Assembly (NCBI GenBank): GCA_045597865.1
Contig: JAZLKX010000037.1
Coordinates: 1-64,000, forward strand
Source: Bacilli bacterium
GTDB lineage: Bacteria; Bacillota_I; Bacilli_A; RFN20; CAG-826
Length of the DNA stretch: 64,000 bases
Direction: 5' to 3'
Under the pieces are notes generated by a model that saw only the letters and a list, made by a program, of their open reading frames with translations, did no database searches and was not told the origin of the DNA. Numbering within the stretch: position 1 is the stretch's first letter; each line of letters begins with the position of its first letter. Below, piece by piece: positions 10,568 through 20,428 of this stretch. Position numbers and translations under genes: made by a program.

Positions 10568-10596
10568 TTGCAATGATATCTTAATAATGATAAAAT
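10568..10596 (+). promoter_or_regulatory. Putative sigma-A promoter of the TA operon
   Basis: TTGCAA, 17 nt, then TG-n-TAAAAT; three ATGATA direct repeats overlap it (possible operator). Confidence 0.6.
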
Positions 10597-10617
10597 TATG
10601 ATAGGAGGTAGAACATT

Positions 10618-10881
10618 ATGGAATGTATTATCCCATCATCAGACTTAAGAAACAGATATCCTGAAGTTTCAAGACGTTGTAAAGAAAGCAATAAGCCAAT
10701 TTATATCACTGTAAACGGCAGGGGCGATACAGTTCTTTTGAGCATGGAATACTATGAGCAATTAGAAGCTGAAATCGAACTCTTAAAAATGTTCGCTGCC
10801 TCTGAAAGAGATATTGCTGAAGGAAGAGTTGACACAGCCGAGAACATGTTTAAGAGATTGAGAGAAAAATATAGTAAATGA
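10618..10881 (+). CDS. Type II antitoxin, Phd/YefM family
   Basis: IIPSSDLRN...PIYITVNGRGDTVLLS; ATGA overlap with the toxin gene. Confidence 0.9.
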   Translation: MECIIPSSDLRNRYPEVSRRCKESNKPIYITVNGRGDTVLLSMEYYEQLEAEIELLKMFAASERDIAEGRVDTAENMFKRLREKYSK

Positions 10882-11189
10882 ACTACAAAGTAGTTCGTTC
10901 TCAAACTTTTGAAAACCAACTTGATCAAATTCTTGACTACATAAAAGTGTCCTTTTCTAAGGAACGTTCTTTAGATTATTTGGTTTATTTAGAAAAACAA
11001 ATTGACAATCTAAATGAATTTCCAAATTTAGGTAAGAAGGTGTGCTTTCGATTAAACACTTTCGAACCAACAAACGCATTTATCTCAAAAAAGAATATTG
11101 TCTTTTATCGAATAAATGAAGAAGAAAAGACAATTACTCTTATTGCAATTACAACCGCAAGTCAAAATTATTTAAGTCTGATGAAATAA
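10878..11189 (+). CDS. Type II toxin, RelE/ParE family
   Basis: LDQILDYI...LNEFPNLG...IVFYRINE pattern; 103 aa, downstream of the antitoxin. Confidence 0.85.
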   Translation: MNYKVVRSQTFENQLDQILDYIKVSFSKERSLDYLVYLEKQIDNLNEFPNLGKKVCFRLNTFEPTNAFISKKNIVFYRINEEEKTITLIAITTASQNYLSLMK

Positions 11190-11194
11190 CCTCG

Positions 11195-11225
11195 AAAACC
11201 AGGCAACTTAGAATGCCTGGTTTTT
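11195..11225 (+). terminator. Terminator after the TA pair
   Basis: AAAACCAGGCA-loop-TGCCTGGTTTTT. Confidence 0.8.
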
Positions 11226-11277
11226 CATTTTAAAATACATTGACGAAATTTTATCAAAATGATAAAATTTAAGTATT

Positions 11278-12513
11278 ATGGAACCATTAGCAGAAACACT
11301 CAGACCTAAAACCCTTGATGATGTCATTGGTCAACATCATCTTTTAGACAAAGGAAAATTAATGAGAAACGTGATTGAATCAGGTCATATTTGTAACATG
11401 ATTTTCTATGGTCCACCAGGAATTGGTAAGACCACACTTGCAAACATCATTGCAGATAGTACAAAAATGTCATTGCACAAACTAAATGGCACAACCGCAA
11501 GTATTGATGACATTAAACGAATTATTGATGAAGCAAAATCATTGTTTTCACAAAACGGAATTTTGCTTTATTTGGATGAAATCCAATATCTCAACAAAAA
11601 ACAACAACAATCATTACTTGAATTTGTTGAAAGAGGAGACATTACTTTAATTGCATCTACTACTGAGAATCCATATTTCTACGTTTATCCTGCATTACTT
11701 TCAAGATGTACAGTTTTTGAGTTTAAATCGCTTAAATCTGAAGACATTATGGATGGACTTAAAAAAGCTGCCAAAAAGATTAATGTAAAGATAGGTGCAG
11801 AAGCACGTGAAAGACTTGCTCTTGGATCCAATGGAGACATGAGGAAAGCTCTCAATAATTTAGAATTTTTGGCTAATGGGTTATCTAATGATAAAAAGAC
11901 CATAACATCAGAAATGGTTGAACAACTTATTTCAAAAGCAAATATTTCATATGACAGGAGCGAAGATCATCATTTTGATAATCTTTCAGCTCTTATGAAA
12001 TCACTTAGAGGATCCGATCCAGATGCAGCAGTATTTTATCTTGCTAAAATGCTTGAAGCAGGCGACTTAGTTGCAGCAGCAAGAAGACTTCTTTGTTCAG
12101 CTAATGAAGATGTTGGTTTAGCTTATCCACAAATTATTTCAATCGTTAAAGATGCTGTTGATACAGCTCTTCAACTTGGAATGCCTGAAGCATACTTACC
12201 ACTTACAAATGCAGCAATTTTAATTGCTACCGCTCCAAAATCTAATTCTGGATGTGTTGCATATAACGCTGCAATTGCAGATATTAGACAAGGCAAGGGT
12301 GTTGGTGTGCCACGCGAACTTCAAAATACACATTATGACGGTGCTGACGCAAAGGTAAAAGGACAAAATTACAAATACCCGCATGACTACGCTCACCATT
12401 GGGTAAAACAACAATATTTACCAGACGATATTAAGAACCACAAATATTACAAACCTGGCGACAATAAATTTGAACAAGCCAACAAAGAATATTGGGAAAA
12501 AATCAAGAAATAG
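11278..12513 (+). CDS. rarA: Replication-associated recombination protein A (RarA/MgsA AAA+ ATPase)
   Basis: PLAETLRP, GPPGIGKTT, TTENP, KSLRGSDPDAA, EDVGLA, PKSNS and YKYPHDY. Confidence 0.95.
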   Translation: MEPLAETLRPKTLDDVIGQHHLLDKGKLMRNVIESGHICNMIFYGPPGIGKTTLANIIADSTKMSLHKLNGTTASIDDIKRIIDEAKSLFSQNGILLYLDEIQYLNKKQQQSLLEFVERGDITLIASTTENPYFYVYPALLSRCTVFEFKSLKSEDIMDGLKKAAKKINVKIGAEARERLALGSNGDMRKALNNLEFLANGLSNDKKTITSEMVEQLISKANISYDRSEDHHFDNLSALMKSLRGSDPDAAVFYLAKMLEAGDLVAAARRLLCSANEDVGLAYPQIISIVKDAVDTALQLGMPEAYLPLTNAAILIATAPKSNSGCVAYNAAIADIRQGKGVGVPRELQNTHYDGADAKVKGQNYKYPHDYAHHWVKQQYLPDDIKNHKYYKPGDNKFEQANKEYWEKIKK

Positions 12514-12525
12514 CGAGGAAAACAT

Positions 12526-13458
12526 ATGGAAAAACGCAAAATTATTATAGATTGTGATCCTGGACACGACGATGCTGTTGCTATTATGATGGCAGGTTCT
12601 TATCCGGGTTTTGAACTACTTGGAATCACTGTTGAAGCAGGAAATCAAACAATTGAAAAAACTGTCCGTAACACACTCAATTTAGTTCAATATTTAGACC
12701 TTGATGTACCTGTAGCAGCAGGAACGGGCGTGCCACTAAAAAGAATGCCTATGAACTGTGCTGAAATTCACGGAAAAACAGGTCTCGATGGTTTTAAATT
12801 TCCTAAACTTACTAGAAAAGTTGATGAAAGAGATGCCGTTGAGCTACTTTACGACCTTTTGAAGGCACATAAACGCGTTACCTTGGTTCCAACCGGCCCA
12901 TTAACCAACATTGCTAAGCTAATTATGGAGCATAAAGAGGCAACAAAATGGATTGATGAGATTGTTTTGATGGGAGGATCAATTGGACACGGAAATGTAA
13001 CGCCTGCAGCTGAGTTTAATATTGTTTGCGACCCAGAAGCAGCAGAGATAGTTTTTAACTCAGGTATTAAGGTAAAAATGATTGGTTTAGATGTAACTAG
13101 AAAAGTACTAGTTTTACCAGAAATAATCGAGAAAATGCAGGGAATTCACAATAAAATCTCGGATTTATTTGTTGCACTCATGGTTGAATTCAATAAGAAT
13201 CAAAAGAAGATTTTTGGCTTTGCTGGGGGCCCACTTCACGACCCTGCAACGATCGTATCTTTAATCAATGAAGATGTTGTTAAATTCCAATATATGAATG
13301 TTGTAATTGATACCACAGGCGGACCAAGTTATGGTCGCACAAACTGTGATCAATTCAATTATCTACATCAAACCCCAAATGCATGGGTTGCAGTAGACAT
13401 TAATGTTAAGCAATATTGGAAAGAAATCGAAAAAGGCTTAAGGAGATATTCTAAATGA
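12526..13458 (+). CDS. Nucleoside hydrolase (IUNH/Rih family)
   Basis: DCDPGHDDA, TGPLTN, AEFN...DPEAA, GLDVT and LHDP. Confidence 0.93.
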   Translation: MEKRKIIIDCDPGHDDAVAIMMAGSYPGFELLGITVEAGNQTIEKTVRNTLNLVQYLDLDVPVAAGTGVPLKRMPMNCAEIHGKTGLDGFKFPKLTRKVDERDAVELLYDLLKAHKRVTLVPTGPLTNIAKLIMEHKEATKWIDEIVLMGGSIGHGNVTPAAEFNIVCDPEAAEIVFNSGIKVKMIGLDVTRKVLVLPEIIEKMQGIHNKISDLFVALMVEFNKNQKKIFGFAGGPLHDPATIVSLINEDVVKFQYMNVVIDTTGGPSYGRTNCDQFNYLHQTPNAWVAVDINVKQYWKEIEKGLRRYSK

Positions 13459-14312
13459 GAACAATCTATGTTTTAGGTTCGCTTAACGCCGATTTAGCTA
13501 TTGCTACTGATAAATTTCCAGTAGAAGGCGAGACCGTCAACGGTCACGGCTTTAAAGTTGGTTGTGGTGGAAAAGGTTTAAACCAAGCAATTGCAGCAGC
13601 AAAACTCGGCGGAAAAGTTAAATTCTGTGGCAAAGTGGGTAATGATCCATTTGGAAAAGAAATGAAAAAGTGGTTAAGAATTAACAAAGTTAATGTTTGC
13701 CACGTTAAAACAGTAAAAGACGCTCAAAGTGGAGTTGCAGAGATTGTCTTAAATAATAACAACAATAGAATCATTTTAGATCTTGGTGCAAATCTTAAAA
13801 TTTCAGTCAAAGATATCGGCACATTTTTAGCATATGCTAAAAAAGGAGATGTGTTTGTTGCTCAATTAGAAAATAATATTTCAGCAATTTGTTATGCATT
13901 AAAGATTGCTAAAGAAAAAGAAATGATAACTGTTCTTAATCCAGCACCAGCAAACACAGAGATTAAACAAGCTCTCAACTATGTTGACTATTTAATTCCA
14001 AATGAAACTGAATATAAAATATTAAAGGAACACATTTCAGAAAATACAAATTTGATTATCACCAAAGGTGCAGACGGTTATGAATTCAAATCAAAAGATT
14101 TATCTTTTGCAGAAACAGCACCAAAAGTAAAAGTTGTGGACACTACAGGTGCGGGAGACTGCTTCGTAGGCGCATTCGCTTACATGCTTGCTAGCGGAAA
14201 ACCTGTAGATAAAGGCACGCTTGATTTAGTAGCAAAAATCGCGTCGATTTCAACAACGCGATTTGGTAGTTCGATTTCTTCTCCAACAATAGATGAAGTT
14301 AATAAGTTCTAA
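13455..14312 (+). CDS. rbsK: Ribokinase (PfkB family)
   Basis: GSLNAD, GGKGLNQA, LNPAP, PNETE and VDTTGAGDCF; translationally coupled to the nucleoside hydrolase. Confidence 0.9.
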   Translation: MRTIYVLGSLNADLAIATDKFPVEGETVNGHGFKVGCGGKGLNQAIAAAKLGGKVKFCGKVGNDPFGKEMKKWLRINKVNVCHVKTVKDAQSGVAEIVLNNNNNRIILDLGANLKISVKDIGTFLAYAKKGDVFVAQLENNISAICYALKIAKEKEMITVLNPAPANTEIKQALNYVDYLIPNETEYKILKEHISENTNLIITKGADGYEFKSKDLSFAETAPKVKVVDTTGAGDCFVGAFAYMLASGKPVDKGTLDLVAKIASISTTRFGSSISSPTIDEVNKF

Positions 14313-15245
14313 TTAATTAGAAGTCGAGGAATGTTCTTCGACTTTCTTTTGTATTAATAGCATTATTCTGCAAATAAATAAAGAAAGTACAAACGATAAA
14401 AGCATTCCACCAGAAACATCACTCACAAAATGAGCGATTGCAAATATACGAGATAAAGAAACAACAAAAGCATATAAACCAGCGATTCCAAAGCACAAGT
14501 ATTCAAAATGCTTTTTCTCACTAAATTTTGTTAGTGACATTACTAAAACAAAAAGAACACAAGTAGATGCCCCATTAGATGCGTGACCAGAAATAAATGA
14601 TTTAGATTCACTAACTTTTAAACCATAAAATGGTTTCCATTGCCACCATTCTCTATATTCTTCTTCGCCAGGAAAAACAATTCTTGGACGAGGTCTCGAT
14701 GCTAAGTATTTAACAACTTCATTTGCACACGAAACAAAAACAATAATGGCAAGCATTGTTAGAGCAACCCACAATAAATTGTGCTGGTCTAATTTTTCAT
14801 AGTTTTTGCGCACAATAAAGAACATTACAACATCGGTTGCTAACACTAGTGTTAAAACCAAAAATTTAAGGCCTGCAGTTACTCTTTCGTTATCTTGAGG
14901 AATAATTTCAGCAAATTCACAACCAGAGATGTATGCAAAAAAAGCAATGCCTGCTAAACCAAAAATACCAAGGAATTTGATAAAGCCAGACATCTTTTTC
15001 TTAAAATTATTTTCAACAAAGAATGCAGACCAACCCGCAAACGCTCCAAAAGCATTTGTAATAAGTGGAACGAGAAGAGTTATTACAATGGTGAACCAAG
15101 GTATATTTAGTTGATACTTATTCCAAAATGTTTCAGAAATTTGCCTATCGTAAAAAGATCCAACAACAAATAAAGCGATAGCTATAATAGCCGCAATAAG
15201 TAGTGGAATATTGCACTTTTTGAGGGATTTCATACTAAATAGCAT
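14313..15245 (-). CDS. PAP2 family membrane phosphatase (alternative start ATG 15233)
   Basis: C1 KYLASRPRP, C2 SFISGH, C3 SRIFAIAHFVSDV; multiple TM helices. Confidence 0.88.
   Translation of the reverse strand: MLFSMKSLKKCNIPLLIAAIIAIALFVVGSFYDRQISETFWNKYQLNIPWFTIVITLLVPLITNAFGAFAGWSAFFVENNFKKKMSGFIKFLGIFGLAGIAFFAYISGCEFAEIIPQDNERVTAGLKFLVLTLVLATDVVMFFIVRKNYEKLDQHNLLWVALTMLAIIVFVSCANEVVKYLASRPRPRIVFPGEEEYREWWQWKPFYGLKVSESKSFISGHASNGASTCVLFVLVMSLTKFSEKKHFEYLCFGIAGLYAFVVSLSRIFAIAHFVSDVSGGMLLSFVLSLFICRIMLLIQKKVEEHSSTSN
14321..14351 (+). terminator. Terminator of rarA-rih-rbsK lying inside the 3' end of the convergent PAP2 gene
   Basis: AAGTCGAGGA-atgt-TCTTCGACTT-TCTTTTT. Confidence 0.6.
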
Positions 15246-15338
15246 ACTTTAATTTTCATTTAAATTAAATAGCAAACTTATTGATAAACCATATATAGTT
15301 GGTAAAAATTATTAATTTTTGGTATATTATTACGTGCT

Positions 15339-16475
15339 ATGTTGGACGAAGAGCTTTCTAAACAAGAAATAGAAATACAAGAACCAAAAAAGAGAAAATA
15401 TGGATGGGTTGGAATAATCCTTCTTTTAGCAGTTATCGGTCTTGGCATCTTTTTAATGTTTAAAATCACCGAGATTCTTCCTGGTGGTGGAATTAAGGAA
15501 ATTGGTCCTGTTATTGCAAACATGGATTACAGATATTTAATCGTCTCCGTTGCATTAGCAATACTTATTCCTGTTTTAGTTATGGTTGAGTATTCATTAG
15601 TGAATCACGCCTTAACAAGAAAAGTAAATCCAAAAGCAATTGCAAAAACAACATTTGTTGGTAAGTATTACGATTTTATTACACCGTTCTCAACTGGTGG
15701 CCAACCAATGCAGATTTATACTCTTCACAAACACGGCTATGATGGCGCAACATCTTCGGCTATTATTTTAATTCGCTATTCAGTAAACATTATATGTTGG
15801 TTGTTGGTTGGACTCGTTTTAATGATCGGTGGCTTTAGCGTCTTAAATACAATCGCAGACGGCACCTCAAAAACATTCTTGTTGGTTGCTGGAATCATTG
15901 GTATTTGTATTAATTTATTACTTCCATTATCTGTTTTAACCTTCGTTTTATTCCCAAAATTTGCAAACGGTTCAACAAAGTTGTTTATTAAAATCGGTGC
16001 TAAATTACACATAGTAAAAGACCCGGTAAAAAGTTATGAAAAAGCTTATAAAACAGTTCATGATTTTAGAATGTGCTTTAGAACCATTTCAAAGAAACCA
16101 ATTCACTTTATTCTCTTAATTCTTGTATCTATTATTGAATACTGTGTTACATTTGCTTTGCCGTTCTTTGTAATTATGTCTTTAAAACAAGTTCCTTGGA
16201 ACAATTTATGGGATGTCTCGGTTCTTAATGTATTTTCAACTTTTGCTGTTTCGTTTATTCCAACTCCTGGAAACGCTGGAGGAATGGAAATTTCTTCTGC
16301 TCTAGCATTCCAAGCTGTTGCAGCAGAGGTTTCAGTTTATGCAGTTTTAGTATGGAGATTCTTCACATATTATATTTATATAATTATTGGAATATTAATT
16401 TCAGTTTATGATGTTATTAAGCGTACTATTAAAACGGCTCGCGAAAACAGGAAGGCTAAAGTAAAAAATGAGTAA
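15339..16475 (+). CDS. Flippase-like membrane protein (LPG synthase TM / UPF0104 family)
   Basis: ITPFSTGGQPMQ, FIPTPGNAGGME and VWRFFTYY motifs. Confidence 0.88.
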   Translation: MLDEELSKQEIEIQEPKKRKYGWVGIILLLAVIGLGIFLMFKITEILPGGGIKEIGPVIANMDYRYLIVSVALAILIPVLVMVEYSLVNHALTRKVNPKAIAKTTFVGKYYDFITPFSTGGQPMQIYTLHKHGYDGATSSAIILIRYSVNIICWLLVGLVLMIGGFSVLNTIADGTSKTFLLVAGIIGICINLLLPLSVLTFVLFPKFANGSTKLFIKIGAKLHIVKDPVKSYEKAYKTVHDFRMCFRTISKKPIHFILLILVSIIEYCVTFALPFFVIMSLKQVPWNNLWDVSVLNVFSTFAVSFIPTPGNAGGMEISSALAFQAVAAEVSVYAVLVWRFFTYYIYIIIGILISVYDVIKRTIKTARENRKAKVKNE

Positions 16476-17640
16476 AAAGATCTTAGAAGTTATTGATGCT
16501 TTTTATCCTCAGGTTGATGGCGTTGTAAAAGTTGTTAATAATTATGCAACTTTGTTAAATCAAGACAATGAATGCGCTGTAATTTGTCCTGACTATAAAA
16601 TTGATGTAGATAGAGAATTTAAATACAAAGTTGTTCATAAAAAGAGTGTTTGTTTTACATTTCATAATATAATTATGCCTTTCCCAATTCATTGCAGAAA
16701 GACAAATAAATTTATTAAAGAATTTAAACCAGATATTATCCATGTACATTCCCCTTTCTTTATTGGTCACTATGCACTTAAAAAAGCGCGCAGAATGCAC
16801 ATTCCTTGCATAGCAACATTTCACTCCCAATTTAAGAGAGATGTTATGGATTTGACTGGATCCAGGTTTTTAACTTGGTTTGTTATTAAATACATTGTTC
16901 GCTTCTTTAACAAGTGCGATGAAGTTTGGGCAGTTTCAAACGGAACCGCAAATACATTAAAGAGTTACGGTTATAAAAAAGAAATTCATGTTGTTAAAAA
17001 CGGAACAGAATTTACTTATCCAAAAAATCCAGAAGAATGTATTAAAAAGGCTGTAGAAAAATTCAATATTGATCAAAATAAGAAAAATTTAGTGTATGTT
17101 GGTCAAATTCGTGACGTCAAAAACCTTCCTTTAATCATCGATTCGTTGGGTGAAGTCAACAAGACAAGAAGCGATTTTCATATGTACTTCATTGGTGATG
17201 GTACAGACCAAAAATCCTTGGAAAAACAGGCAAAATCCCTAGGAATTCACGGGAATATTACATTTACAGGCCGTATTAATGACCCTGAAATTTTAAAAGG
17301 TTTTTATCTTTCAGCAGACTTAATGTTTTTCCCATCAGTTTACGACAACAACTCGATCGCTGTTATGGAATCTTGTGTTTGTGAATTGCCCGCTTTGTTG
17401 ACAGAAGGCGCGAACACAGCAGAAGGGTTCGTCGATGGCGAAAACGGATTTTTGGCAAAAGAAAATTCCAAATCAATGGCAGAAAAATTGTTGTACATTT
17501 TTGATAATCCTGAAAAAGCAAGAGAATGTGGCAAAAAAGCCGCGAAAACCATACCATTTCGATGGGAAGACATCATCGGTGATGCATCAAAAAGGTATGA
17601 TTTTATAATCGAAAAATACAAAGGAGAACATAGAAAGTAA
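16468..17640 (+). CDS. GT4 glycosyltransferase (glycolipid synthase-like)
   Basis: DAFYPQVDGV, DIIHVHSPF, TFHSQF and FPSVYDNNSIAVMES; coupled to the flippase-like gene. Confidence 0.88.
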   Translation: MSKKILEVIDAFYPQVDGVVKVVNNYATLLNQDNECAVICPDYKIDVDREFKYKVVHKKSVCFTFHNIIMPFPIHCRKTNKFIKEFKPDIIHVHSPFFIGHYALKKARRMHIPCIATFHSQFKRDVMDLTGSRFLTWFVIKYIVRFFNKCDEVWAVSNGTANTLKSYGYKKEIHVVKNGTEFTYPKNPEECIKKAVEKFNIDQNKKNLVYVGQIRDVKNLPLIIDSLGEVNKTRSDFHMYFIGDGTDQKSLEKQAKSLGIHGNITFTGRINDPEILKGFYLSADLMFFPSVYDNNSIAVMESCVCELPALLTEGANTAEGFVDGENGFLAKENSKSMAEKLLYIFDNPEKARECGKKAAKTIPFRWEDIIGDASKRYDFIIEKYKGEHRK

Positions 17641-17690
17641 GCATTAAGTGTTTGCTTTTTATTTTATAAAGGTATATCCTTTTAGCGTTT

Positions 17691-18212
17691 ATGACTACAT
17701 TGCTTTTAACACTTATAGCATTATCCGTCTTCGGAATTCTTCTATTCATTGATAGAAAGGTCCGAGGCAATTTTTCTATTATTGTTAAAGTTTTGTCTGT
17801 AATGTTTGTTGGCATCTTTATTGGAGCCTTTGTGCTCTTCTATGGACAAGCCATTTTTGAGGCCGCTCAAGTTGACTTTAAATCATTTACTGATCTTAAG
17901 ACGTTCTTTAGTTCGAGAATTTTTGGAATCTTAGCTATCGTTTTGATTTATTTATTCGTCTTCTTGAAGATGTTCTTTGTCACATTTAGTTTTTTAACTA
18001 AGCGCACATTAAACAGAGAGGAAACAGCAGTTGATTTAATTTCAATTGTTTTTGATATTGCTGTTGTGCCTTGTATAGTTTTATCTATTGGCGCATCATT
18101 AGTTTTAGTTGTACCAGCAATTATTTCTGTTATAGGAACCGGGCTAGCTTTGAGTAAAAAGTTAGTCTTTTCTTTTATTAAAGAGGATATAAAGGAGGCT
18201 CAATTAGCATGA
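17691..18212 (+). CDS. Hypothetical multi-pass membrane protein
   Basis: 173 aa, 4-5 hydrophobic helices; ATGA overlap with the next gene. Confidence 0.75.
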   Translation: MTTLLLTLIALSVFGILLFIDRKVRGNFSIIVKVLSVMFVGIFIGAFVLFYGQAIFEAAQVDFKSFTDLKTFFSSRIFGILAIVLIYLFVFLKMFFVTFSFLTKRTLNREETAVDLISIVFDIAVVPCIVLSIGASLVLVVPAIISVIGTGLALSKKLVFSFIKEDIKEAQLA

Positions 18213-20428
18213 ACTATGTACTTTTAGCAGCTTCTTTTGTCTTCTTTGCTATTATTCTTTCTTTAGCAAGATTTGTTTTTAAGAAAGCAGAGAGAGTCCT
18301 TGAAATCGTTGTTGGTGGATTGCTAATTGTTGTATTTTTAGGCAGATTTTATTGTTATTTAGACGTTCAAGTTAGTGGAGAATGGTTACATTACACCCAA
18401 TTATGGAAAAATGTTGGTGGTTTTGAAGGCGCAAGCTTGTTCTTTGGCGAAATGTGCTTATGGTTTGGAATGGGCGCAAATCTTTTCCTCTTAATGAGAC
18501 CGTTCTCGAAGCAAAAATCATCAAGTTGGTTTGTTAAATTTATTTCACTTCCAATTATTGTTGTTTCAATCATTTGCATGAATCCAATGATTAAAAATAT
18601 GATTGGTGAGCAACACAGCGCTTTCGAGACAATGAAAGTTGTTGAATATTTATTACCACTTGAGCTTGGTGGAACATTAGCTTTCTCAGTTTATTACTTT
18701 GTTAAAGATTTTAAAGTTAAACTCCCTAAAGTTGATAGATTGCATGTTGGATTATTTGCATCATTAGGCATGTTTGCGGTGATGCCTCCATTTATTCCAG
18801 CATTCTTCTTTGGAGCAGGAAATCCAAACACACACCCTCTTGATTTGGTATTTCAACATAGATTGTTAATCTATGTTCTTCTCATTTTTGCTCCTCTTTT
18901 AATTTATTTCTTACTAAGAAGACATTCAAAAGATAGAATTCGTTATTGCTTAATTTTTATTTCTTTAGGCGTAATGTTTAACTTCTGTTTTATGAATAAG
19001 TACGACTGTTTCTTGTATCCTTGGAAATGGCCATTCCATTTGTGTAATACAGCAGTCTTTGTTGTTCCGTTCTGTTTTATTTTTAAACCAAAAAGATTGT
19101 TCTATTTTACATATTTTATCAACGTATTTGGTGCTTTATTAGCTATGCTAATGCCTAACTATAGTGAAACAATTACCATTTTTAATCCGGATGTTTGGCA
19201 ATTCTGGTATAACCACGCTTTAGCATTCTGGATGCCGCTTCTTGGTGTTGCTTTGAAGCTCTATGACAGACCAAAACTTAAACAGTATTTCTACTCATCA
19301 ATTTGGTTCCTTGGTTACTACATTTTAGTATTTGTTCTAAACACAGTATTTACAGCTTATGGACACCAGACAGACTTCTTCTTTATTAACTCTAACTTTA
19401 TTGCAGATAAGTTTGGTACCTGGGCAAATCAAGTGTTTAATAAATCTCTATCGTTTACAATAGGTAATGTTCAATTTGTTATTAGACCGATTTATCAATC
19501 AATCTATTTTATAACTTACTTAATTATTGGGTTCGGTGTCTGGTTTGTATATCAACTTGGATTTGATATAGCAGATTCACATCAAGCGTTACACATTAAA
19601 TTAAAAGGAATAAGACAAGACAAGATCGCTCTTGATAGCGTATTAGATGGAAGGAGTATTGAAGAACCTATGGATAAAGACGCAGGAATTAAATTAGAAT
19701 TAGACCATTTTTCAAAGAAGTATGGCGCAAACAAACATTATTCAGTTCACGATGTTTCTTTTGAAGTAAAAGCAGGCGAAGTATTTGGCTTCCTTGGCCC
19801 TAATGGTGCTGGTAAATCCACAATCATTAAATCTTTAGTTGGTATTCAACCAATAACTGAAGGAAAAATGAGAATTTGTGGTTTTGATGTTCAAACACAA
19901 TCTGTTCAAGCTAAATCATTAGTTGGCTTTGTTCCAGATCATTATGCATTGTATGAAAAATTAACAGGCCGCGAGTACATAAATTACATCGCTGACATTT
20001 TCCAAGTTTCTCAAAAAGATAGAGATGAAAGAATTACATATTATGTAAAATTATTTGAACTTGAGGCTTCAATTGATAACAAAATTAAAACCTACTCACA
20101 CGGTATGAAACAAAAGATTACTATTATTTCAGCACTCGTTCATGAACCAAAAGTTTGGATTCTTGACGAACCATTAACAGGTCTTGACCCAACATCAATT
20201 TATCAAGTTAAACAATGTATGAAACATCACGCAGAAAAAGGAAACATTGTTTTCTTCTCATCACACTTAATTGATGTTGTTGAAAAACTTTGTGATCGTG
20301 TTGGAATCATTAAATTAGGTGAACTTCAAGCAGTAGACACTGTCAAAAATATTGAAGATAAACACGGATCACTTGAAAAATATTATCTTGAAATTATTGG
20401 GGATAATGTAACTAAAGCAGGAGAATAA
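18209..20428 (+). CDS. YwaF/TMEM164-like membrane domain fused to an ABC ATPase
   Basis: About 450 hydrophobic aa with WPFHLCN and FWYNH, then GPNGAGKST, YSHGMKQ, ILDEP and SSH. Confidence 0.8.
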   Translation: MNYVLLAASFVFFAIILSLARFVFKKAERVLEIVVGGLLIVVFLGRFYCYLDVQVSGEWLHYTQLWKNVGGFEGASLFFGEMCLWFGMGANLFLLMRPFSKQKSSSWFVKFISLPIIVVSIICMNPMIKNMIGEQHSAFETMKVVEYLLPLELGGTLAFSVYYFVKDFKVKLPKVDRLHVGLFASLGMFAVMPPFIPAFFFGAGNPNTHPLDLVFQHRLLIYVLLIFAPLLIYFLLRRHSKDRIRYCLIFISLGVMFNFCFMNKYDCFLYPWKWPFHLCNTAVFVVPFCFIFKPKRLFYFTYFINVFGALLAMLMPNYSETITIFNPDVWQFWYNHALAFWMPLLGVALKLYDRPKLKQYFYSSIWFLGYYILVFVLNTVFTAYGHQTDFFFINSNFIADKFGTWANQVFNKSLSFTIGNVQFVIRPIYQSIYFITYLIIGFGVWFVYQLGFDIADSHQALHIKLKGIRQDKIALDSVLDGRSIEEPMDKDAGIKLELDHFSKKYGANKHYSVHDVSFEVKAGEVFGFLGPNGAGKSTIIKSLVGIQPITEGKMRICGFDVQTQSVQAKSLVGFVPDHYALYEKLTGREYINYIADIFQVSQKDRDERITYYVKLFELEASIDNKIKTYSHGMKQKITIISALVHEPKVWILDEPLTGLDPTSIYQVKQCMKHHAEKGNIVFFSSHLIDVVEKLCDRVGIIKLGELQAVDTVKNIEDKHGSLEKYYLEIIGDNVTKAGE

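Noticed and set aside
10618-11189. Phd-RelE/ParE pair as a marker of a mobile element
   Set aside because: Flanked directly by fba and rarA with no mobility genes or terminal repeats; an ordinary solitary TA module.
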